A stretch of 64,000 nt of DNA from Fidelibacterota bacterium SCGC AAA003-L08 (GTDB lineage Bacteria > Fidelibacterota > Marinisomatia > SCGC-AAA003-L08 > D37C17): contig ASPJ01000001.1 of the NCBI GenBank assembly GCA_000405805.1, positions 36,591 to 100,590 on the forward strand, in the 5' to 3' direction. The notes under the pieces are model-generated. The model saw nothing but the letters and a program-made list of their open reading frames with translations. It was not told where the DNA came from and did no database searches. Shown piece by piece: positions 47,470 through 56,150 of this stretch (its first letter is position 1; the number at the start of each line of letters is the position of its first letter). A program made the position numbers and the translations under genes.

Positions 47470-49058
47470 TATATATCCTTTATAGTTATTATATTTCCTG
47501 TATTCAATATATTCTTTGGATCAAAAGCAAGTTTGCATTTTTGAACTTGGTTTATTGCTTCCTGTCCATAACATTCATAAAAATCTATTGTTTTTCTTTT
47601 TCCCGTACCATGTTCTGCAGAATAGACCCCATCTAATTCTGCAGATTTTCGAATAATTTGTCTATACAAATCATTAATAATCAAGGCTTCTTCTTTATTA
47701 TAAATTACATGAAAATGAAGATGACAATCACCTAAATGTCCAAACAATAAGTATTCAATATTATTTTCTCTAAGAATTCTATGGGAGAATTGAATAAAAT
47801 CATTGAAATTTTTATAAGGGACAATGGTATCAGTAATAATACTTATTGCATCTAGTTCTTTAGTTTTTTCTAAAGCTTTAACAGGCATAGAATGTCTAGC
47901 TTCAAAAAATATTCTCCAATTATCAGCAGTATTAAGTAGAAAAACATTATCATCCTTAATTCCACAATCTGAATCATCTAGTAGTTGCACCCATTTTTCA
48001 ATGACTTCATCAATAGAGTTATTAAAAATAGGGTATTGAAGATAGATTCCAACAGATGACTCTGTTTTAAAAAGTTTCTCTTTGTGTTCCATATAGTTTT
48101 GACAGTTATAACCAAAATATTCAAGTGCGTTTAGTTGATATAATATATTCTGTTGTTTTAGGTAACCGCGCAGTTTAATAGCATCATTTTCCGATGGTAG
48201 TGTTATAAATAAATCTAGAAAATCTTTTGGTGAATCTGCGAGATTAAATTCTACATCTATAATAAGTGCAAAAACCCCTTCACTGCCTATAATTAAATCA
48301 ATAAAATCAAGTTCCTCCTCTGCTGCCGTAAATGGTCCGCTTGCATTTTTGATTTTTGGCCGATGATAACTAGGGGCCTCAACAATAATCTTTTTGTCAT
48401 CGCATATTAAAATAAACTTGGCATCATTCGTAATATAGTCACCACGGGTTATATTAGTTATATATCCGTTGGTCAGAAGTATTTTTAAACGATTTACCCA
48501 ATGCCGCGTAGCTCCTTTATCTCCAGGGATAAACCCTGAGGCATTACATGATATTGTTCCTCCAACAAGAGCATCTTTCCTACTAGTAGGATCAACGGGA
48601 TAATACAATTTTTTATTACTTAATTGCAGAATGTCATTCCTCATATCTTCTAAAATAGTTCCTACTGAAGTTTTAGCAGTTTTATTCTCTATATCAACTT
48701 GAGTGTTAGGTTTTTTTATATTAATTATAGATAGAACTAAGCCACCCTTAGGAGTTGCACTACCTGTTAAATTTGTTCTTCCCGCTGATATTGTTACATT
48801 AATATTTAATAGATTGCATATATATAATATTATAGCGCATTGTTTCTCATTTATAGGTCTTGCTAAAAAATCAGCATTACCAGGCATATTTGACCAATCC
48901 CTTTCAAAACTAGATACAATATCAGAATCGTCAGTAATATCAATCAAAAATTTATCAGACAAGAAACCACATAGTGAAAAACTAGAAGTTTTTATACAAT
49001 CATCTATCAATATTTTTTCATGATTAGTAATTTTCGTCTGGAATTTTATAATATTCAT
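47469..49058 (-). CDS. FAD-linked oxidase (GlcD/D-lactate dehydrogenase family)
   Basis: 529 aa. The FAD_binding_4-like region is VTISAGRTNLTGSATPKGGLVLSI. The C-terminal motifs are FGHLGDCHLHFHV and SAEHGTGKRK. Confidence 0.7.
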   Translation of the reverse strand: MNIIKFQTKITNHEKILIDDCIKTSSFSLCGFLSDKFLIDITDDSDIVSSFERDWSNMPGNADFLARPINEKQCAIILYICNLLNINVTISAGRTNLTGSATPKGGLVLSIINIKKPNTQVDIENKTAKTSVGTILEDMRNDILQLSNKKLYYPVDPTSRKDALVGGTISCNASGFIPGDKGATRHWVNRLKILLTNGYITNITRGDYITNDAKFILICDDKKIIVEAPSYHRPKIKNASGPFTAAEEELDFIDLIIGSEGVFALIIDVEFNLADSPKDFLDLFITLPSENDAIKLRGYLKQQNILYQLNALEYFGYNCQNYMEHKEKLFKTESSVGIYLQYPIFNNSIDEVIEKWVQLLDDSDCGIKDDNVFLLNTADNWRIFFEARHSMPVKALEKTKELDAISIITDTIVPYKNFNDFIQFSHRILRENNIEYLLFGHLGDCHLHFHVIYNKEEALIINDLYRQIIRKSAELDGVYSAEHGTGKRKTIDFYECYGQEAINQVQKCKLAFDPKNILNTGNIITIKDI

Positions 49059-49152
49059 TGATACAATTTAATAATAATAAGGGCAACAGAGAATTAATTA
49101 ATAAATGATTTGTAGGATTTTTCTATTAGTTAATAAATTAGAGGCATGTTAT

Positions 49153-49224
49153 GGCCCGTTCGTCTAGTGGTTAGGACTCAGGGTTTTCATCTCTGCAACA
49201 GGAGTTCGATTCTCCTACGGGCTA
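49153..49224 (+). tRNA. tRNA-Glu (anticodon UUC), no encoded CCA
   Basis: Manual cloverleaf: acceptor GGCCCGT/ACGGGCT; D arm GTCT-AGTGGTTA-GGAC; anticodon stem CAGGG/CTCTG with loop TTTTCAT (TTC at positions 34-36); variable loop CAAC; T arm AGGAG-TTCGATT-CTCCT; discriminator A. Total 72 nt. Confidence 0.9.
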
Positions 49225-49225
49225 C

Positions 49226-49259
49226 AATTAACCCCCATACACTGGGGGTTAATTATTTT
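49226..49259 (+). terminator. rho-independent terminator after tRNA-Glu
   Basis: A perfect 12-bp stem, aattaaccccca (49226-49237) with tgggggttaatt (49243-49254), encloses loop tacac and is followed by atttt. Confidence 0.8.
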
Positions 49260-49330
49260 CATGTATTTAATTCAGTCTGTAACACATTGTAATTCTTTTC
49301 ATAAAAGTTGATATTTTTATTATAAATTAG

Positions 49331-51256
49331 ATGGTTATGAGAGTATTATTTATATACATATTAATAATGTCATTTTCTTATGCAGATTTGAATAAACCGA
49401 GCTCTGAAGAGAACTTAAGATATATACATATTTTATTTGAATGGGACCAAGAGCCCAATGCAATTAGCTATAATTTGCAAGCCTCAACAGGGCAATCATT
49501 TAATAATATAATCTTAAATATTGAAGAATTAACGACATCCTATATTGATACAGAAAATTTTAGTTGGAATGATAACTATTACTGGAGAGTACGACCAATG
49601 TATAGTGATGGAAACGATGGTGCTTGGATTGAAACATCATCTTTTTCTATAGAAGATACTCAGCTAACTAACTTAGATGTAGATATATACAATGAAGATC
49701 TTATCCAAGATGGAGTAATGATGTATAGTCAATTTTCTCCATTTTTTGCAGTAGGGGTCATTGATAAGTTTGGTAATGAAATTTGGAATACTTCTACAGG
49801 TTATATGAACCATATCAGTGATTATGGAGAACTATATGGAGTAAATGAAGAAGGTATTAAATTTAATTTTGACCATGAAGTATTATGGCAAAGTCCACAA
49901 GGGACTCCAATAGATTCTCATGAGGTAAAACAAATACCAAATGGTAATTTCATGGCGTTTGTTCCTACATTTCAACAAGGGCCAATACCACTAGGTGATT
50001 GGACTGGTTTAGCCCAAAGTTTTGGATATCAAGCTGATGGTGTTACGGATGAATTTTGGTGGATGGGCTTACGGATTGTTGAATTTGACAAGGAAACGAG
50101 TGAAGAAGTCTGGAGTTGGGAACCCTTTGAACATTTTAACATGGATGATTATGACCAATATGGAGGAATGTGGTGGGAAGCAATATTTAATGGAGTATTT
50201 GATTGGATGCATACCAATGCTTTTCACTTTGATGAAGAGGAAAGTGTTATTTATGTATCTCATCGTCATTTATCAAGAATTAGCAAGATAGCATATCCAT
50301 CAGGAGAAGTAATATGGAATATGGGATTACCTGCAGAATATGGTACGGGCGATGATAATATCTGTACGGATTTACTTTTTAGTTTTCAACATCATATCCA
50401 ATTAATGGATGATGGGACATTACTATTTTTTGATAATGGGAATATAAGTAATGTTATTACAGATGATGAAACACCAATAACACGTATTCGAAGGATTCAA
50501 GTCATTGATGATAGCTACTGTGAAACTGTTTGGCAATATGACCTACCACCAAACCTTCATGGTTTGGGGATGGGTAGCGTTCAATTATTAGAAAATGAAA
50601 ATTATTTTATTTACACTTTTGGCAGTGGACTTAATAATGGAGAATGTAGTGTTCTTGAAATAACTCCTGATGGAGATATGGTATGGAAAGCAACATCGCA
50701 AAATTCAAATGCTGCATGGTACAGATCATATAAAATACCTTCAATACATCCAAGTGCATTTAGCGTGGTTGCTGATGGATATACCATAAATGAAGATAAT
50801 AGTGATATTATTGAGATGTCCAGCAATTCTCTAGAGTTTACTATATATAATAAAAGTGGTTTTACTCAACCCTATCTTTATCAATTGTCTGATTTAACTG
50901 ATGGTGGACCTCAGATGTTTAATTATGAAGAAGGAGAAATTACTTTAGAACCAGATGAAAGTATAAATCTATCTTTCTTAACAGCAAGTTCAAGCCTTGA
51001 ATCGACTACTATTAGTTTATCTGTTTGGCCAACACATCATAGCTATGCTGCTAAAGAACTGATGTTTTCTGTTATTTCTGTGGTAGAGTCTGGAGATATC
51101 AATGGTGATGATACTATCAATGTGTTAGATGTTGTTCTACTTGTAAATATGATTTTAGATTCAACGGAGTTTTCAAGTACTGCTGATTTAAATGGAGACA
51201 ATGTTGTAAATGTTCTTGATGTGGTATTACTTGTTAATCTTATCTTAGGGACTTAG
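49331..51256 (+). CDS. secreted arylsulfotransferase (ASST)-like beta-propeller protein with C-terminal dockerin-like module
   Basis: 641 aa with a signal peptide. An N-terminal FN3-like segment (YNLQAS...YYWRVRP) is followed by ASST-like motifs: DSHEVKQIPNGNFMAF, DWMHTNAFHFDEEESVIYVSHRHLSRISKI, and FSFQHHIQLMDDGTLLFFDNGN. Confidence 0.55.
   Translation: MVMRVLFIYILIMSFSYADLNKPSSEENLRYIHILFEWDQEPNAISYNLQASTGQSFNNIILNIEELTTSYIDTENFSWNDNYYWRVRPMYSDGNDGAWIETSSFSIEDTQLTNLDVDIYNEDLIQDGVMMYSQFSPFFAVGVIDKFGNEIWNTSTGYMNHISDYGELYGVNEEGIKFNFDHEVLWQSPQGTPIDSHEVKQIPNGNFMAFVPTFQQGPIPLGDWTGLAQSFGYQADGVTDEFWWMGLRIVEFDKETSEEVWSWEPFEHFNMDDYDQYGGMWWEAIFNGVFDWMHTNAFHFDEEESVIYVSHRHLSRISKIAYPSGEVIWNMGLPAEYGTGDDNICTDLLFSFQHHIQLMDDGTLLFFDNGNISNVITDDETPITRIRRIQVIDDSYCETVWQYDLPPNLHGLGMGSVQLLENENYFIYTFGSGLNNGECSVLEITPDGDMVWKATSQNSNAAWYRSYKIPSIHPSAFSVVADGYTINEDNSDIIEMSSNSLEFTIYNKSGFTQPYLYQLSDLTDGGPQMFNYEEGEITLEPDESINLSFLTASSSLESTTISLSVWPTHHSYAAKELMFSVISVVESGDINGDDTINVLDVVLLVNMILDSTEFSSTADLNGDNVVNVLDVVLLVNLILGT
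51092..51253 (+). repeat. dockerin-like module (5 of 7)
   Basis: The two segments are GDINGDDTINVLDVVLLVNMIL and ADLNGDNVVNVLDVVLLVNLIL. Confidence 0.75.
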
Positions 51257-51261
51257 CTAAT

Positions 51262-52554
51262 ATGAAACGATTATTATTTATATTTCTTTTATCACATATA
51301 TTTTCACAATATAATATCGAAAATGCATTTCCGAATCTATCGTTTGAGGATCCAGTAGGAATATATCATGCCAATGATGGAACTAATCGATTGTTTGTAG
51401 TCGAACAGGAAGGGCGAATAAAAGTATTTGATAATAGTCCATCAGTAAATAATGCAGATATGTTTTTAGACATTACATCCCTTGTTGATCAAGATGGTGG
51501 ATATACAGAAGAAGGATTATTAGGGTTAGCTTTTCATCCTGATTTTGAAGAAAATGGATATTTCTATGTAAACTATACTGAACATGGACCTAGAAGAAAT
51601 GTAATAGCAAGATATATGGTGAGTGATACAGACCCAAATGAAGCAAATTATAGTTCATCAGAGATTATATTAGAAGTTAACCAGCCATATACAAATCATA
51701 ATGGTGGGCAAATATCATTTGGACCAGATGATGGGTACTTATATATTACTTTTGGAGATGGTGGATCAGCGGGAGATCCTCAAGGGAATGGGCAGAATCT
51801 ATCAACTCTATTGGGCTCACTTATTCGTATTGATATTGATAATCCCTCTGGCGGATTAAATTATGGGATACCTTCTGATAATCCGTTTATTGCTCCACTA
51901 GCTGCGCGAGATGAAATCTATGCGTATGGATTACGTAATATGTGGAGATTTAGTTGGGATTTAGAAACAGGATTTTTATGGGGTGCTGATGTAGGACAAT
52001 ATGAATATGAAGAAATTAATATTATAGAAACCGCTGGGAATTATGGTTGGAATATTATGGAAGGAACTAGCTGTTATGATAGTCCTAGCTGTGATGAAGA
52101 AGGATTAGAACCACCAATTTGGGAATATGAATTATATGTTGATGGAGTATGTTCTATAACAGGGGGGCATGTTTATAGAGGCCCAAGTTTATGGAGTTTA
52201 ACTGGAAAATATATTTATGGTGATTGGTGCACAGGAGATATATGGGCGCTTACTTATTCAGAGGATGGCGCCCACACTAATGAACATTTGATAACATCTG
52301 GAATTAATATTACTTCTTTTGGAGTAAGTCAAGATAATGAATTATTTATTTGTGCAAATAGCAGCATATATAAATTAACATCTGATTTAGGAGATGTTAA
52401 TGGTGATGATGAGTTAAATGTTTTAGATATTGTATCACTTGTAAATATCATACTATCTAATGGTTATACAGAATCAGCAGATTTAAATTCAGATAATATT
52501 ATTAATATTTTAGATGTAGTTTTATTAGTCAATGCTATTTTGGGTTCTAATTAA
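51262..52554 (+). CDS. secreted PQQ-dependent soluble sugar (glucose/sorbosone) dehydrogenase-like protein with C-terminal dockerin-like module
   Basis: 430 aa with a signal peptide. Motifs: RLFVVEQEGRIKVF, EEGLLGLAFHPDFEENGYFYVNYT, HNGGQISFGPDDGYLYITFGDGGSAGDP, YAYGLRNMWRFSWD, and DVGQYEYEEIN. Confidence 0.8.
   Translation: MKRLLFIFLLSHIFSQYNIENAFPNLSFEDPVGIYHANDGTNRLFVVEQEGRIKVFDNSPSVNNADMFLDITSLVDQDGGYTEEGLLGLAFHPDFEENGYFYVNYTEHGPRRNVIARYMVSDTDPNEANYSSSEIILEVNQPYTNHNGGQISFGPDDGYLYITFGDGGSAGDPQGNGQNLSTLLGSLIRIDIDNPSGGLNYGIPSDNPFIAPLAARDEIYAYGLRNMWRFSWDLETGFLWGADVGQYEYEEINIIETAGNYGWNIMEGTSCYDSPSCDEEGLEPPIWEYELYVDGVCSITGGHVYRGPSLWSLTGKYIYGDWCTGDIWALTYSEDGAHTNEHLITSGINITSFGVSQDNELFICANSSIYKLTSDLGDVNGDDELNVLDIVSLVNIILSNGYTESADLNSDNIINILDVVLLVNAILGSN
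52390..52551 (+). repeat. dockerin-like module (6 of 7)
   Basis: The two segments are GDVNGDDELNVLDIVSLVNIIL and ADLNSDNIINILDVVLLVNAIL. Confidence 0.75.
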
Positions 52555-52578
52555 TTCTTAATTTTCCTATTATAAATC

Positions 52579-54396
52579 ATGAGAAAAAATAACTTTAGAA
52601 ATATTGCAATCATTGCGCATGTAGATCATGGTAAGACTACTTTAGTGGATGGTCTCTTACATCAGAGTGGCACATTTAAAAGTCATGAAAACATTGCTGA
52701 TAGAATAATGGATTCAATGGATATTGAAAAAGAACGTGGTATTACTATTACTGCAAAAAATACCTCTGTATTTTATAATGATATTAAAATTAACATTGTA
52801 GATACGCCTGGTCATGCAGATTTTGGTGGTGAGGTTGAAAGAAGTTTGAATTTAGTTGACGGGGTATTATTACTGGTTGATGCTAGTGAAGGACCTTTAC
52901 CTCAAACTCGATTTGTATTACAAAAAGCATTGTTAAAAGATTTACCTATTATACTTATTATCAATAAAATTGATCGATCTGATTCTAGGATTGAAGAAGT
53001 GGTGAATGAGGTGTATGATTTATTTATTGATTTAGATGCAAATGACAAACAGATTGAGTTTCCTATTATTTATACCAATGCAAAAGAGCGAGTTGCTCAT
53101 ATTGAAATGGGTGATGATTCAAAGGACTTATTTCCTTTATTTGATTTAATTATTGAAAAATTTCCAGGTCCATTAGCTACAGATGATCACGTAGCTCAAT
53201 TCTTGATTACTAATATTAGTTATGATTCATATGTTGGTCAGGTTGCAGTAGGAAGGCTTGGAAATGGAATTTTGGAAATTAATAAACGTTATAGTCTTTG
53301 TGGAGAAAATCAAATTATATATGATCAAAAATTATCTGCTTGTTATACATTTAGCGGACTTAAAAAAATTAAAGTTGATAAATTGGAAGCGGGTGATATC
53401 ATTGCAATTGCAGGTATAGAAAATATTACTATTGGTGATACAATATCCTGTAATGAAAAACCAGACCCCTTACCTAGGATTAGCATTGATGAGCCTACAG
53501 TATCTATGTTTTTTCATGTTAATGATGGACCATTTGCAGGTAAAGAAGGAAAATATTTAACCTCTCGAAATTTAAGTGATAGGCTGCAAAAAGAAATTTT
53601 AGGAAATGTATCTTTGCAAGTGAAACTTACAGATAAAACTGATGTATTTGAAGTATGTGGACGAGGAGAATTGCAAATGGCAGTATTAATAGAAACGATG
53701 CGTCGCGAAGGTTATGAATTCATGGTTTCAAAACCACAAGTAATTACAAAAGAAGAAAATGGCCAAACATTAGAACCTATTGAAGCTATATATTTAGATT
53801 TAGAGGAGGATCATGTGGGGACCATTACAGAAAAACTATCTATACGTAAAGGTCGGATGATAAATCTTCAAAATAATGGTTATGGTAGAGTTACATTAGA
53901 ATTTAAAATTCCATCCCGTGGATTAATTGGTTTTAGAAGCCAATTTTTAACAGATACTAAAGGGTCAGGTATTATGAATACATTATTTGATTCATATGCT
54001 CCTTGGAGTGGAAGAATTCCGCAACGTAATAGTGGGGTTTTGCTTGCAGATAGACCAGGGAAAGTAACTCCTTATGCTTGCCTTGGAATGGTAGATAGAG
54101 GGGAAATGTTTGTTAATGTTGGCACAGAAGTTTATAAGGGGATGATTATTGGTGAACGTAATCGTACAGGTGATATAGATATTAATATAATCCGTGAAAA
54201 AAAATTAACTAATATGAGAGCTTCTTCATCAGATGCAACGGTAGTACTTAGACCCCCTCAAAATTTATCACTAGATCAATGTATTGAGTTTATAGCAGAA
54301 GATGAATTAATAGAAATTACTCCCAGTAATATTCGAATGAGAAAGATGGAACTAGATATTAATAAACGTTTGGCTATGAGGAAAAAAGATAAATAA
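52579..54396 (+). CDS. typA: translational GTPase TypA/BipA
   Basis: 605 aa. Motifs: RNIAIIAHVDHGKTTLVD, DTPGHADFGGEVER and NKID. The EF-G-like domain order and C-terminal region are typical of BipA. Confidence 0.93.
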   Translation: MRKNNFRNIAIIAHVDHGKTTLVDGLLHQSGTFKSHENIADRIMDSMDIEKERGITITAKNTSVFYNDIKINIVDTPGHADFGGEVERSLNLVDGVLLLVDASEGPLPQTRFVLQKALLKDLPIILIINKIDRSDSRIEEVVNEVYDLFIDLDANDKQIEFPIIYTNAKERVAHIEMGDDSKDLFPLFDLIIEKFPGPLATDDHVAQFLITNISYDSYVGQVAVGRLGNGILEINKRYSLCGENQIIYDQKLSACYTFSGLKKIKVDKLEAGDIIAIAGIENITIGDTISCNEKPDPLPRISIDEPTVSMFFHVNDGPFAGKEGKYLTSRNLSDRLQKEILGNVSLQVKLTDKTDVFEVCGRGELQMAVLIETMRREGYEFMVSKPQVITKEENGQTLEPIEAIYLDLEEDHVGTITEKLSIRKGRMINLQNNGYGRVTLEFKIPSRGLIGFRSQFLTDTKGSGIMNTLFDSYAPWSGRIPQRNSGVLLADRPGKVTPYACLGMVDRGEMFVNVGTEVYKGMIIGERNRTGDIDINIIREKKLTNMRASSSDATVVLRPPQNLSLDQCIEFIAEDELIEITPSNIRMRKMELDINKRLAMRKKDK

Positions 54397-54425
54397 ATTA
54401 TAAGAAGAAGGGGGGGCATGTTTAT

Positions 54426-54641
54426 ATGAAAGCAGCAAAAACAGCAACATTGTTAGGACTTATTGGAGTTAGCTTAGTATTCTTCAGTGATTTTATTACA
54501 TTTTTTAGAGTCTTGGAACATGCAAAGGTATTATCTATTTGCATGGGTATTCTTAATCTTACTGGACTTGGATTATTATTAACATTCTTTATAAAGATGT
54601 TTATCTATTACAGCAGACGATTATCCAATAGCAATCAATAA
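54426..54641 (+). CDS. small two-TM membrane protein, unknown function
   Basis: 71 aa with two hydrophobic helices (ATLLGLIGVSLVFFSDFITFF and ICMGILNLTGLGLLLTFFIKMFIY). Confidence 0.35.
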   Translation: MKAAKTATLLGLIGVSLVFFSDFITFFRVLEHAKVLSICMGILNLTGLGLLLTFFIKMFIYYSRRLSNSNQ

Positions 54642-54680
54642 AAATTATATTTAATGTTAGTTATTGGGAATTTATGATTT

Positions 54681-56066
54681 TTGATGATTAGAATTATGAA
54701 GAATTTTTTCACATATTATTTATTTTTAATTATTGGATTAAGTAGTTATCTACTTGGGCAGATGCTTCCTTATGAAGAACCATCGTTGATTCAAAATAGA
54801 TATAGCGGACACATTCCAACACGTTCAATTTCAGCAGATAATATTAATCAAGCATTGGATATTGATATTATTAACAATGGAAGTTTAGATAGGGTTAATA
54901 ATAATACTCATATATTTTATACATTGAATTTATCTGAGGATAATATTTATGATTTATCATTTGATTATCAAAATATACCAATGGGTAGCAAACTATTTAT
55001 CATTGAAGAAAATAAATTTTTAGGACCATTATTATTATCTGGTACAGATAATTTAGTTCAAAGAGTATCTGGTAGAGATTTAACATTAGAAATTATTTTT
55101 CCATCAAATCATATTGGTAATCCGAAATTTAAATTAGCAAAAATATCATTCAAAGACAAAGAAACAGCAAACATTAAAAATGATTTTTTAATTAATAAAA
55201 GTAATCGTGAACCAGTGATACTAGTTACCGGTTTTTGGCCTCCCACCAATGAAATGATAAGACATTTCAGCCAGAATATATTTTTAAATGGAAACTGGGA
55301 AGGTGAAAACTGGCAAGATAGAGGATATAATATTATATCCTATTTTCCAGAATTCACAAATCCAGATTGTGATAATTGTGGACAAGGATATGGGGATTTA
55401 GAAGTTGATTATCAAGATACCTCCGTAGATTTCTGGGATATTGTAGAGGAACACTCCCCAGTTGCAATTATTACATTTAGCAGGGGATACATAAATTACA
55501 GCTGGGAGCTTGAATTTAATTTTTATAATAGGACCAATTGGTATCCAGATTATTCAACCCCTACTCTTCCAACTCCAAATCCTCCAGATGATAGTGTGGA
55601 ATCATATTACCTAAGGAACTCAACACTCCCAATGGATAATATTATGAATGAAGTTAATGCAGCAGACCTTGGATTGGATTCTTATATAGATGCTACTGGA
55701 GACCCAGGTCATTTTGTTTCAGAGTTTATGGGCTATCATGGTGTATGGTATCATGATATTAATATTGAGTCCTGTTATGTTGCAGGGCATATTCATGTGG
55801 GTGGATTAATTGATTGGGATACAGCTAGAGAGGCAACCGAGATTTCAATTTTAAAGACTATTGATTATTTAGATCAGTTTTCCTATACTGAAGGTGATGT
55901 AAATGCAGATGGTACTATTGATATATTAGATTTAGTTATTGTTGTCAATGTTATTTTAGGATCAGAAGAACTTAGTTTAATTGAAAGCTATGCTGCAGAT
56001 ATGAATCTGGATGGTGTAATTAATATCCAAGACATCATTTTGATTATAAACTTAATATTAAATTAA
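54681..56066 (+). CDS. secreted protein with possible pyroglutamyl-peptidase (C15)-like fold and C-terminal dockerin-like module
   Basis: 461 aa with a signal/anchor sequence. By-eye similarity to Pcp: PVILVTGFWPP (compare LLTGFDPFGG), SWELEFN (Glu position), GDPGHFVSEFMGY (compare AGTFVCNHLFY, with Ser replacing Cys), and AGHIHVG (compare GFIHIP). This is a weak call from memory alignment only. Confidence 0.4.
   Translation: MMIRIMKNFFTYYLFLIIGLSSYLLGQMLPYEEPSLIQNRYSGHIPTRSISADNINQALDIDIINNGSLDRVNNNTHIFYTLNLSEDNIYDLSFDYQNIPMGSKLFIIEENKFLGPLLLSGTDNLVQRVSGRDLTLEIIFPSNHIGNPKFKLAKISFKDKETANIKNDFLINKSNREPVILVTGFWPPTNEMIRHFSQNIFLNGNWEGENWQDRGYNIISYFPEFTNPDCDNCGQGYGDLEVDYQDTSVDFWDIVEEHSPVAIITFSRGYINYSWELEFNFYNRTNWYPDYSTPTLPTPNPPDDSVESYYLRNSTLPMDNIMNEVNAADLGLDSYIDATGDPGHFVSEFMGYHGVWYHDINIESCYVAGHIHVGGLIDWDTAREATEISILKTIDYLDQFSYTEGDVNADGTIDILDLVIVVNVILGSEELSLIESYAADMNLDGVINIQDIILIINLILN
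55893..56063 (+). repeat. dockerin-like module (7 of 7)
   Basis: The two segments are GDVNADGTIDILDLVIVVNVIL and ADMNLDGVINIQDIILIINLIL. Confidence 0.75.
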
Positions 56067-56150
56067 TATTCCCAATTTATCTGAATTACGATAACTTTTT
56101 GAAGATTATAAAAAAGATTCTAAATTATTCATTCCAAAAAGAGAGACAAT

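Noticed and set aside
49153-49330. tRNA-Glu as an integration site for a genomic island carrying the dockerin-tagged genes
   Set aside because: There is no integrase and no noticed direct repeat of the tRNA 3' end downstream. Dockerin-tagged genes are also scattered elsewhere in the window.
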